Positions 19,132 through 26,432 of a DNA stretch of 64,000 nucleotides are shown here, piece after piece (position 1 is the first letter of the stretch; the number at the start of each line of letters is the position of its first letter). Where the stretch lies: the NCBI GenBank assembly GCA_018434325.1, contig JAHDPO010000006.1, forward strand, positions 31,668-95,667, in the 5' to 3' direction. A model generated the notes under the pieces. It had not been told where the DNA came from, ran no database searches, and saw only the letters and a program-made list of their open reading frames with translations. The DNA is from Clostridia bacterium (GTDB taxonomy: Bacteria; Bacillota; Peptococcia; DRI-13; UBA5745). Made by a program: the position numbers and the translations under genes.

Positions 19132-19281
19132 TGAGCAAAATTGCAAGTTTAAAGTGTGCCGCCTCTTTAAGATAGTGGTCAGGCCGAATCCGCCATACTA
19201 AATACATCTTAAAAACAAGGGAAACCGGTTAAAAGGCCAAAAGGCAGGTTTCGGACACCACTAAACTTGAAATTTTGCTCA
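19132..19281. mobile_element. MITE-like non-coding element with about 28-bp terminal inverted repeats, copy 1
   Basis: Left end tgagcaaaattgcaagtttaaagtgtgcc, right end ggacaccactaaacttgaaattttgctca (reverse complement tgagcaaaatttcaagtttagtggtgtcc). 150 bp with no ORF. Related copies at 23433-23552, 55549-55696 and 40823-40973. Confidence 0.65.
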
Positions 19282-19340
19282 TTTTTTCGAGAAAGAAGGG
19301 CTGCCGCAAATCCGGCAGTCCTTCTCTTCACGTTAACTGT

Positions 19341-20150
19341 TTATTTCCTCATCACCGGCACTTGTATTTCCGTTAACCAATCCTCCACGTTGTCTTTGTT
19401 CCATATACCGTCAATGTAGCTTTCCCGCACATTGTCAACGATTTGATAACCGTTTTGCTCAGCCCATTGCACAGCATAAGCGTAGGCGGCGCCAATCTTT
19501 TCATAAGGGCCCCGGTGCAGAACCGATACGGCTGAGATGGCGGGGATTTCTTTAAAAATAACCCCGTCGCCGTCCTTACCCTTAGCGGTCACCGCTTCAC
19601 AGATCTCAACATTGATATCTCTATCCCTGTATTCACCATCCAGATAGACGTTAAAGCAATATCCCGGTTCCACGCATTTGATGCCCGGATTAGCTTTGCC
19701 AACTTTTTCGCCCAACGCCGGCATAATTTCGTTTAACGCTGCATAATTGGGAATCGTATACCTTGCGGTATAGACAATATAGGCCGGTGTTTCCTTAATT
19801 ACTGCCTGATAATCCATAGAATGACCCTCTTTCTGTTCGTTGATGTAGCAGTTGAGCCGAAAGAGCCGATCGGTGACATTCTGGGCTTCGCTTTCAAGCT
19901 CGGCTTTGCGCTGCATCAGGATTCCCGTGATATTGTGGCCATCAACAATCGCGGAAATCTCCGGGATGGAAAAACCCATTTGCCTGAGAGCCATGATTTC
20001 ATTGAGCCGGAAAAGCTGGCCCGTGGCGTAATAACGATATCCGTTTTCCTCATCCACATGAGCCGGCACTAAAAGCCCCACTTCATCATAATGATGCAGT
20101 GTTTTGACGGTTACCTTTCCCAGCTTGGAAAACATGCCGATGCGATACAT
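19341..20150 (-). CDS. MerR-family regulator with C-terminal GyrI-like (effector-binding) domain
   Basis: MYRIGMFSKLGKVTVKTLHHYDEVGLL HTH, a coiled coil, then a roughly 150-aa GyrI-like domain. ATG at 20150 is preferred over the TTG at 20153 (AGGTGA upstream). Confidence 0.85.
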   Translation of the reverse strand: MYRIGMFSKLGKVTVKTLHHYDEVGLLVPAHVDEENGYRYYATGQLFRLNEIMALRQMGFSIPEISAIVDGHNITGILMQRKAELESEAQNVTDRLFRLNCYINEQKEGHSMDYQAVIKETPAYIVYTARYTIPNYAALNEIMPALGEKVGKANPGIKCVEPGYCFNVYLDGEYRDRDINVEICEAVTAKGKDGDGVIFKEIPAISAVSVLHRGPYEKIGAAYAYAVQWAEQNGYQIVDNVRESYIDGIWNKDNVEDWLTEIQVPVMRK

Positions 20151-20179
20151 CAAATCACCTTCCTCTCTTCCTTGATTTC

Positions 20180-20210
20180 ATCCTACATCCTCCGGCAACC
20201 GGAGGGTCAA
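20180..20210 (-). promoter_or_regulatory. MerR-type promoter with a 19-bp spacer containing a perfect palindrome
   Basis: Minus strand TTGACC (20210-20205), the 19-bp spacer ctccggttgccggaggatg, then TAGGAT (20185-20180). The palindrome CCTCCGG-caa-CCGGAGG lies at 20189-20205. The promoter drives the merR-like gene itself. Confidence 0.7.
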
Positions 20211-20234
20211 GAGGTATATTTAAAATTTCTCAAT

Positions 20235-20272
20235 GGTTGTGTTCTTTACAACCGGCCATTTTATTCTATACT
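20235..20272 (+). promoter_or_regulatory. Putative helD promoter with an overlapping inverted repeat
   Basis: TTTACA (20245-20250), a 16-bp spacer, then TATACT (20267-20272). The inverted repeat GGTTGT-N7-ACAACC (20235-20253) overlaps the -35. Confidence 0.5.
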
Positions 20273-20303
20273 TAAAGCATAACCCACACACAAAGGAGCG
20301 GCA

Positions 20304-22385
20304 ATGTTTAACCAAAAGGAAAGTGACGAAAGAAAGAATTTGGAAGAAGTTCAAGCTAAACTTAAAATAGCCTTGGAGCAAATCCTCAGGAAAATAGACA
20401 GCTATTTCAAAGAAATATTAGAAGCCAAACGCTATATCAACGAAAACCTGGCCCAGCTGGATTCTGCTGAAAAAGCCGCCAACAGAGTGATTGTTTCCGA
20501 TAGCGTTACCCTTGGGGAAAATGCCGTAAAAGAGCGGGAACAGCTGCAAAAACTGCTGCAGTCTCCTTATTTCGGAAGGATCGACTTTAACAACGCAAAA
20601 GGAGCAAAAGCTGAAGTATTCTATATCGGCATACATGGCTTTGCCGGGCCGCTGACTTCTCATCAGATCATTTTCGACTGGCGGGCGCCCGTTTCAAGCA
20701 TGTTTTATGATTTTGAGGTGGGGCCGGCCTTTTATCTGGCTCCTATGGGCAAAATTGACGGCCTGCTGACCTTGAAGCGTCAATACCGTATCAGGCAAGG
20801 TCAAATGGAGTATATGCTGGAAAACTCCTTAAATATTGGCGATGAAATCCTCCAAAAAGAATTGAGCCGGAACTCCGGCGATAAAATGAAAAACATTGTG
20901 GCCACCATCCAAAGAGAACAAAATGCCGTCATCAGAAATGAAGAGGCAAAGGTATTGATCATCCAGGGAGCGGCCGGCTCCGGCAAAACCTCCATAGCCT
21001 TGCACCGGGTGGCTTTCTTATTATATCGCTACAAGGGTACGCTGACCTCAAAAAACATTCTGATTTTTTCTCCCAACAAAGTGTTCGGCAACTACATCGC
21101 CAATGTTTTGCCGGAATTGGGAGAGGAGCATATAGAGGAAATCGGTGTTGACGATATCGCCTCAAGCATGCTGGGTAAGAAGTATCGCTACCAAACCTTT
21201 TTTGAACAAGTCGAAGGTTTATTGGACGGCGGCAATGCCGAAGCAATTGCCAGAATCCAATTTAAAGCAACGAATCACTTTGTCGAAATGCTGCAAGGGT
21301 ATTTGGAATACATTGATGAAACAGGCTTTATCCCCGCTGATTTTAGGTTAGGCAGCTTCTTTATCTCCAAAGAAAAGCTGCTTTCCGCCTACCGTTCCCT
21401 TAAAAAACTGCCGATTAAGAAGCGATTGCGAAAAATAGCAGAGGATTTAATCGAAAAACATCAAAGCGCCACAAACAAAAAAATAGCCGCCGCCTTTTGC
21501 CGTCAAATAAGAAACGGAATAGAAAATATGTTTTCATTTGCTGATAGTCTTACGGTATATCAAAATTTCTACCGCGCTATCGGGCAAGATCACTTATTTC
21601 AGCTTATCCGCAAAAACGCCATTGAATTCTGTGACGTCTATCCCTTCATCTATGTAAAAATCTATGTCGAAGGAGCAGAGCAGGATTTCAAAAACATCCG
21701 GCACTTGCTGGTGGATGAAATGCAGGATTACACACCCATCCAATATGCGGTTTTATCGAAGCTGTTTTCCTGCAAAATGACTATTTTGGGCGACAGTTAC
21801 CAAAGCGTAAATCCTTACAGCTCTTCCTCTGCGGAAAAGATTCAGCCTTACTTCAGCGGCTGCCACTGCATGGAATTGTCCAGGAGTTACCGTTCAACCC
21901 TTGAAATTGTGGAATTTACCCAAAATATATTAAAAAATGAAAAGCTGCTGCCAATGGAAAGGCACGGCGATACTCCAACGATAACCACATGTCAAACCCC
22001 AAAAGAACAAATGAACAAAATAAAGCAGTTGATTGAACAATTTCACCAATCTCAATATGTCTCCCTGGGCATCATCTGCAAATCTCAGAAACAGGCGAAA
22101 CTGCTTTATGAGGAGCTCCGCACCTGCGGCGATATATTTCTGTTGAGTTCTGCCGGCAGCGAATTTCGCAATGGCATCGTCATTACTTCCGTCCACATGT
22201 CCAAAGGCCTGGAATTTGACCAGGTGATTATTCCCGACGCCTCTGACCAGCTTTATCAAACGCCCTTAGACCGCAGCCTGCTCTATATTGCCTGTACCAG
22301 GGCTATGCACAAATTGGATTTAACTTGTTGGGGGCGGCAGACAAGTCTTATGGATACCGTTAATCAGGCCATAATCTGCCGGTAG
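20304..22385 (+). CDS. helD: HelD-like UvrD/REP superfamily-1 helicase (RNA polymerase recycling factor family)
   Basis: 693 aa. N-terminal coiled coil, PYFGRIDF...FYIGIHGF, Walker A GAAGSGKTSIALHRVAFLLY, DEMQDYTP and C-terminal SVHMSKGLEFD...LYIACTRAMH. Confidence 0.8.
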   Translation: MFNQKESDERKNLEEVQAKLKIALEQILRKIDSYFKEILEAKRYINENLAQLDSAEKAANRVIVSDSVTLGENAVKEREQLQKLLQSPYFGRIDFNNAKGAKAEVFYIGIHGFAGPLTSHQIIFDWRAPVSSMFYDFEVGPAFYLAPMGKIDGLLTLKRQYRIRQGQMEYMLENSLNIGDEILQKELSRNSGDKMKNIVATIQREQNAVIRNEEAKVLIIQGAAGSGKTSIALHRVAFLLYRYKGTLTSKNILIFSPNKVFGNYIANVLPELGEEHIEEIGVDDIASSMLGKKYRYQTFFEQVEGLLDGGNAEAIARIQFKATNHFVEMLQGYLEYIDETGFIPADFRLGSFFISKEKLLSAYRSLKKLPIKKRLRKIAEDLIEKHQSATNKKIAAAFCRQIRNGIENMFSFADSLTVYQNFYRAIGQDHLFQLIRKNAIEFCDVYPFIYVKIYVEGAEQDFKNIRHLLVDEMQDYTPIQYAVLSKLFSCKMTILGDSYQSVNPYSSSSAEKIQPYFSGCHCMELSRSYRSTLEIVEFTQNILKNEKLLPMERHGDTPTITTCQTPKEQMNKIKQLIEQFHQSQYVSLGIICKSQKQAKLLYEELRTCGDIFLLSSAGSEFRNGIVITSVHMSKGLEFDQVIIPDASDQLYQTPLDRSLLYIACTRAMHKLDLTCWGRQTSLMDTVNQAIICR

Positions 22386-23304
22386 CGTATTCTTTGCCGG
22401 ATTTAGCTTCCCGCACTTTTACTACGTCATCGTCACCAAGATTACCAAAAAGCAACGGCCCCGCTTCATGGTGGGCCGCCATATTGCGGGCAACGATTTT
22501 GGCACTGTAGTTAGCGTAGCAGTAAAGGCAATGGTTTGCGCAGGTATCATAGGCCCCGATATCTATGCTGGCAATACAGCCGCATTCCCGGCGCTGGTTA
22601 GGATCTTTTGTCATCTTTAGATTATATCCTGACAAACGCTCCAGCCTCGCTTGATCGATACAGCAGGCGGGCATAATGCCAAATTTCCTTAAATCCATTT
22701 CCTCTGCGCAAGTGTCGATATAAAGTCCTTCACTTTTAGCAATAGCAGAGAATCGCTGCATTAATTCTTCTTTTTCTTCCATAGATGGTTTCACGATATC
22801 CAGGGGCGAAATATTTCGCTCCGTTTTTCTGTAAAAATCCAAGAAGCTAACCGTGCACTTTTCGGTATAACCTGCCAGCTTTGACGTTAACATCTGAAAA
22901 TAGTGGAGATGATAGGCCATGGTGTATTTCTCGTTGAAAAAAATTGGATCGTAGCGCCATACTACTTTATCTTTGCCAATTTTTTGCGAAAGCCTTTGAA
23001 AGGCGGGGATTATAATATCCTTTTTGGCAGGCACATTGGGCTCTGCGTCTATACCGTAGGAATTCAGCGCGAACTGAAAATAATAGGTATAACCCTTAAG
23101 CTCTTCAAGCCTATCCAGCATAGGCAAAGGATTCTTAGTCCAAAACACAATACAGTCTACCACATCCGGCAAAAGGCTTATCCGGCCAATCTGATGGGGG
23201 TTCATGGGATTGCGGACAAGGACATAGCCTTCCTTCAGACGGTTGAAAAACCAGCCCGAATAATAGGCCGGAATATCCGTGCGTCTGCTTGCGCTTATAA
23301 TCAT
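22360..23304 (-). CDS. DUF1848-like protein with cysteine clusters including CX3CX2C
   Basis: MIISASRRTDIPAYYSGWFFNRLKEGY N-terminus as I recall for DUF1848. C-terminal ECGC...CANHCLYC. Start moved to the third codon of the track ORF (GGAGGA spacing). The 3' end overlaps the helD 3' end by 26 bp. Confidence 0.65.
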   Translation of the reverse strand: MIISASRRTDIPAYYSGWFFNRLKEGYVLVRNPMNPHQIGRISLLPDVVDCIVFWTKNPLPMLDRLEELKGYTYYFQFALNSYGIDAEPNVPAKKDIIIPAFQRLSQKIGKDKVVWRYDPIFFNEKYTMAYHLHYFQMLTSKLAGYTEKCTVSFLDFYRKTERNISPLDIVKPSMEEKEELMQRFSAIAKSEGLYIDTCAEEMDLRKFGIMPACCIDQARLERLSGYNLKMTKDPNQRRECGCIASIDIGAYDTCANHCLYCYANYSAKIVARNMAAHHEAGPLLFGNLGDDDVVKVREAKSGKEYATGRLWPD

Positions 23305-23432
23305 GGTCATTCCTCCATGTCAATATTCTAACATGACGTTGGCAAAAGTAAAACACAGCAACTGCAAAAAGATCCCCGGATACCGGAGACGGGTACTGCC
23401 TCCCTGGTGGGCACTGCCCCCTTGGCGGGAAA

Positions 23433-23552
23433 TGTGCAAATTTGCAAGTTTAGAGTGTCTTGTTGTTGTAAAAACAACAATTTTGCCCGGTTTTTAGGCC
23501 AAAATTGATCAAAAAGCAGGTTATGGACACCTTAAACCTGCAAATTTGAGCA
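23433..23552. mobile_element. MITE-like TIR element, copy 2 (shorter)
   Basis: Left tgtgcaaatttgcaagtttagagtgtc, right ggacaccttaaacctgcaaatttgagca. The right-hand ~65 bp (ccggtt..aggccaaaa..gcaggtt..ggacacc) aligns with the right-hand part of copy 1. Confidence 0.6.
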
Positions 23553-23762
23553 GCTAGCCAACATGCGGGGTCAATAGCTGCAAAAATGAGCAGGTAGCTA
23601 CCACATTGAAGCTCTGCCTACAAACGCAAAAACTGAACATATGCAAGCCTGGAACAAGTTTTTGCTTCATCAATATAAGGAGGGGCTGCGGCTCTCTGGT
23701 TTTTTCTCAAACCGATTTGCGACAGCCCCCAATAATTATGCTTGCAGGCTTATAACGCCTCT

Positions 23763-24032
23763 TTATAAAAATAAAAAGGACAGCACGGAAAGCAGCCCCA
23801 AACCCGGCGCCCCCAGGAAGCCAACGCCGATGACGGTTACCGGGTTCATTGGCAAATGAAAGCCGGCAAAATTGCCTACTAAATTAAGAATGCATAGGAC
23901 ACCCAGAGCCAAGGCGCAGTTGACTACCACCCGGCTGACGGTTTTCATGGGCCCCATGACCATCCTGGTCAGCAGCATCAAAATCATCAGCAACACCATT
24001 CCGGCTATAATTACACCAATTTCAACCATCAT
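23763..24032 (-). CDS. bofA: Pro-sigmaK processing inhibitor BofA
   Basis: About 89 aa with two TM segments and a C-terminal GLPMNPVT-like HLPMNPVTVIGVGFLGAPGL. Start at MMVEIG (GGAGG 8 nt upstream). Follows yaaL as in Bacillus. Confidence 0.8.
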   Translation of the reverse strand: MMVEIGVIIAGMVLLMILMLLTRMVMGPMKTVSRVVVNCALALGVLCILNLVGNFAGFHLPMNPVTVIGVGFLGAPGLGLLSVLSFLFL

Positions 24033-24339
24033 AAGGCGCTCCTCCGTTTCGCAGATTTTTTTCCTTAGCCAGTTTGACGAAATAATCGTAACGTTTTTCC
24101 GCCGCATTTAACGTAAAGATAGCATTGTCCACCATGTCCGGGTCCACCGCCTGATGAAAAAACCGCCAGGCCTCTTCCCAGCCTATTCTGGCCTGCTGAG
24201 TCAACGTGTATAGGTCAAGCAAATCGGCAGCGTCTTTATTTTCCTCTATTGCGCTCTTGATGCTTGCGCCCGCTTTGCCGCCAAATTTGGCTTTCGTCTC
24301 CTCTTTAAGCCTTTCTACCTGGCCTATTAAGCTGATCAT
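24022..24339 (-). CDS. yaaL: YaaL-family protein (DUF2508)
   Basis: 105 aa. LL..I...K..WE.A...F......D.AI....AAE.RY..L pattern. Position between recR and bofA. Confidence 0.75.
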   Translation of the reverse strand: MISLIGQVERLKEETKAKFGGKAGASIKSAIEENKDAADLLDLYTLTQQARIGWEEAWRFFHQAVDPDMVDNAIFTLNAAEKRYDYFVKLAKEKNLRNGGAPYDG

Positions 24340-24455
24340 TTCTGGCCCTTCCTTTCCGGATCATCCCATCTCGTCTTATGGAAATTATATCCATGGAGGG
24401 ACAAAAAAATACCCGATATCGGCTATCGGGTTAATTTTTTCTGAATTGAGTATTC

Positions 24456-25073
24456 TTAATCAATGATGCGCCGGCCCTCCAAGGCTTGGGCCAAAGTAGC
24501 GGCGTCGGCGTGCTCCAGGTTGCCGCCAACGGGGATCCCATGGGCGATTCTGGTGGCCTTGATTCCCAAAGGCTTCAAAAGCCTGGCCAGGTACAGGGCT
24601 GTGGTTTCCCCTTCCACATCGGGGTTGGTGGCAAGAATCACTTCATTGATCCGGCTGCCTTCCTCGCCTGCAAAACGAGCCAGCAGCTCTTTGATTTTTA
24701 AATCCTCCGGCTGCCGCCCTTCCATTGGCGAGATGGAGCCATGAAGCACATGGTAAAGCCCCCGGTAATCCCGGGCCCTCTCGATAGAAAATACATCGGT
24801 AGTTTCTTCCACCACGCAAATCACCTGCCGGTCTCTCGTCTCATCCCGGCAAACCTGGCAGGGGGTAACGTCCGTCAATGAAAAGCATACAGGACAAAGA
24901 GTCATGGTCTCTTTGGCATTGACCAAAGCCTGGCTGAAAGCTTTGACTTCCTCCTTAGATAAAGATAGCACAAAAAAGGCAAGGCGCTGGGCGGTTTTCG
25001 GTCCGATCCCCGGCAGCTTGCCAAACTGCTCCATCAATTCCTGCATAACTAGCGCATGAAATAAACCTGTCAT
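24456..25073 (-). CDS. recR: Recombination protein RecR
   Basis: [16 protein letters not shown] HhH, C4 zinc finger CPVC...CQVC and a Toprim domain. The start may instead be the internal MQELMEQF. Confidence 0.9.
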   Translation of the reverse strand: MTGLFHALVMQELMEQFGKLPGIGPKTAQRLAFFVLSLSKEEVKAFSQALVNAKETMTLCPVCFSLTDVTPCQVCRDETRDRQVICVVEETTDVFSIERARDYRGLYHVLHGSISPMEGRQPEDLKIKELLARFAGEEGSRINEVILATNPDVEGETTALYLARLLKPLGIKATRIAHGIPVGGNLEHADAATLAQALEGRRIID

Positions 25074-25390
25074 TAAAACAGCCCCGGAACCTTCACATTG
25101 CCGGTAATCTTGCCCATCTCGGCCGCTGCTTTGTCCTGAGACTGCCGGGAGGCTTCATTGAAAGCCACGATCAGCAGATCCTGGAGCATTTCGATTTCCT
25201 CCGGGTCTAAAAGCTCCGGGTCGATGGTTAGCTCCTTGACCTCCTGCTTGCAGCTCATCACGCAGCGAACAGCACCGCCGCCGGCAGTGGCTTCCACCGT
25301 CATATCCGCCAATTCATCCTGGAGCTTGGCCATATCGGCCTGCATTTTTTGCATTTGTTTCATTAATTTCTGGGGGTTACCAAAGCCCAT
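25073..25390 (-). CDS. ybaB: Nucleoid-associated protein YbaB/EbfC
   Basis: 105 aa, with the MQKMQ...L......EA.AGGG.V......G..E...I.I.PE pattern. Confidence 0.9.
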   Translation of the reverse strand: MGFGNPQKLMKQMQKMQADMAKLQDELADMTVEATAGGGAVRCVMSCKQEVKELTIDPELLDPEEIEMLQDLLIVAFNEASRQSQDKAAAEMGKITGNVKVPGLF

Positions 25391-25392
25391 AA

Positions 25393-25557
25393 TTATTGCC
25401 TCCTTGATTTTCTTCTATCGTCTTTCAATATTAAGGATTTGTGGTTTAGCAGATAATAGGTCTGAAAATACTTGCCGTCCATGTCCACATGTCCCATACC
25501 CTGATGACGGTAATTACAGGACAGCCAGCGTCGAAAGCCCTGCAGCAATTTGGTCAT
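25393..25557 (-). CDS. Unannotated 54-aa ORF, first cistron of the ybaB-recR transcript
   Basis: My translation: MTKLLQGFRRWLSCNYRHQGMGHVDMDGKYFQTYYLLNHKSLILKDDRRKSRRQ. AGGAGGTG lies 7 nt upstream of the ATG. The stop is 2 nt before the ybaB ATG, and a consensus-like promoter lies just upstream. I recognise no homology. Confidence 0.4.
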   Translation of the reverse strand: MTKLLQGFRRWLSCNYRHQGMGHVDMDGKYFQTYYLLNHKSLILKDDRRKSRRQ

Positions 25558-25612
25558 GGTTAACACCTCCTACAGACTGCGTCACCAATAACTTATGCAT
25601 GATCTTTCAGTA

Positions 25613-25641
25613 ATTATAACGTTTTTAATAGAAAAGTTCAA
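25613..25641 (-). promoter_or_regulatory. Promoter for the small ORF-ybaB-recR unit
   Basis: Minus strand TTGAAC (25641-25636), a 17-bp spacer, then TATAAT (25618-25613). The -35 overlaps the phosphatase stop codon. Confidence 0.6.
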
Positions 25642-26366
25642 TCGCAGATCCGCATCTGCAGTTTTATCTTATTTTCTTCCGTCAAACCCAGGTAAGTCAG
25701 ATAAGCATCGATGCCGCCCGCCTCTTCGATGTAGTCCAACACCGCTTCAATATATTCTCTGTCCGACCGGGCTAAGCCCTCAGGATAATGGCCCAGCATT
25801 TGCCGGGCTCTGGGACTTTGTTTTAAATAAGAATAAGTTATCTCATAATTAGCGGCAATATCTCCTCGGGAGACTCCCGCCATAGTTAAAAGCAGTGCGG
25901 CTAAAATCCCTGTTCTGTCCTTACCTGCCGAACAGTGAAACAATACACAGCCTTCCCGGGCATTTGCCATCCGGGAAAGTATTTGCTGCAGGGAAGCTCC
26001 TTGACGGCCCAGGATATCCAGATAAAACTTACAGATGAATTTCGCCGTGTCTTCCACCTGCATCTTTGTCACATCGTCCACATCATCAAGCCCTAAAGGC
26101 ATATGGCAGTAATCCGCCGCCGCCACCTGGGCAAAAGGATCCGGATGGGCTTTACATTCGCTATGGCTGCGCAAGTCAATAACGGTTCTTACGCCATAAT
26201 CCAACAAAAAACTAACTTCTTCTTCTGTCAGCATGGACAGGTCGTCGCCCCGCAAGAAAGCCCGCCATTTGGTGACAGAACCTTTTGCGCAGGGATGGCC
26301 GCCCAACTCTCTGACATTGCCTGCATTCTTCAAAGGCAGGCGTACGTAATGTTTAGCAGCATTCAT
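25638..26366 (-). CDS. Tyrosine-protein phosphatase (CX5R PTP-like family)
   Basis: 242 aa. Active-site HCSAGKDRTG. N-terminal NVRELGG typical of the Y_phosphatase3-type family. Confidence 0.8.
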   Translation of the reverse strand: MNAAKHYVRLPLKNAGNVRELGGHPCAKGSVTKWRAFLRGDDLSMLTEEEVSFLLDYGVRTVIDLRSHSECKAHPDPFAQVAAADYCHMPLGLDDVDDVTKMQVEDTAKFICKFYLDILGRQGASLQQILSRMANAREGCVLFHCSAGKDRTGILAALLLTMAGVSRGDIAANYEITYSYLKQSPRARQMLGHYPEGLARSDREYIEAVLDYIEEAGGIDAYLTYLGLTEENKIKLQMRICD

Positions 26367-26432
26367 TCTTTATCTCCTTGATGCTATATCCGGCACGCTT
26401 GCCGTTTGGTAATATCTCTAACACTCCCCTTG

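Noticed and set aside
19132-19281. Reading the TIR elements as integron attC sites, since they have conserved inverted ends and variable centres.
   Set aside because: The ends do not fit the RYYYAAC/GTTRRRY cores. No integrase is nearby, and the copies are scattered singly between unrelated genes.
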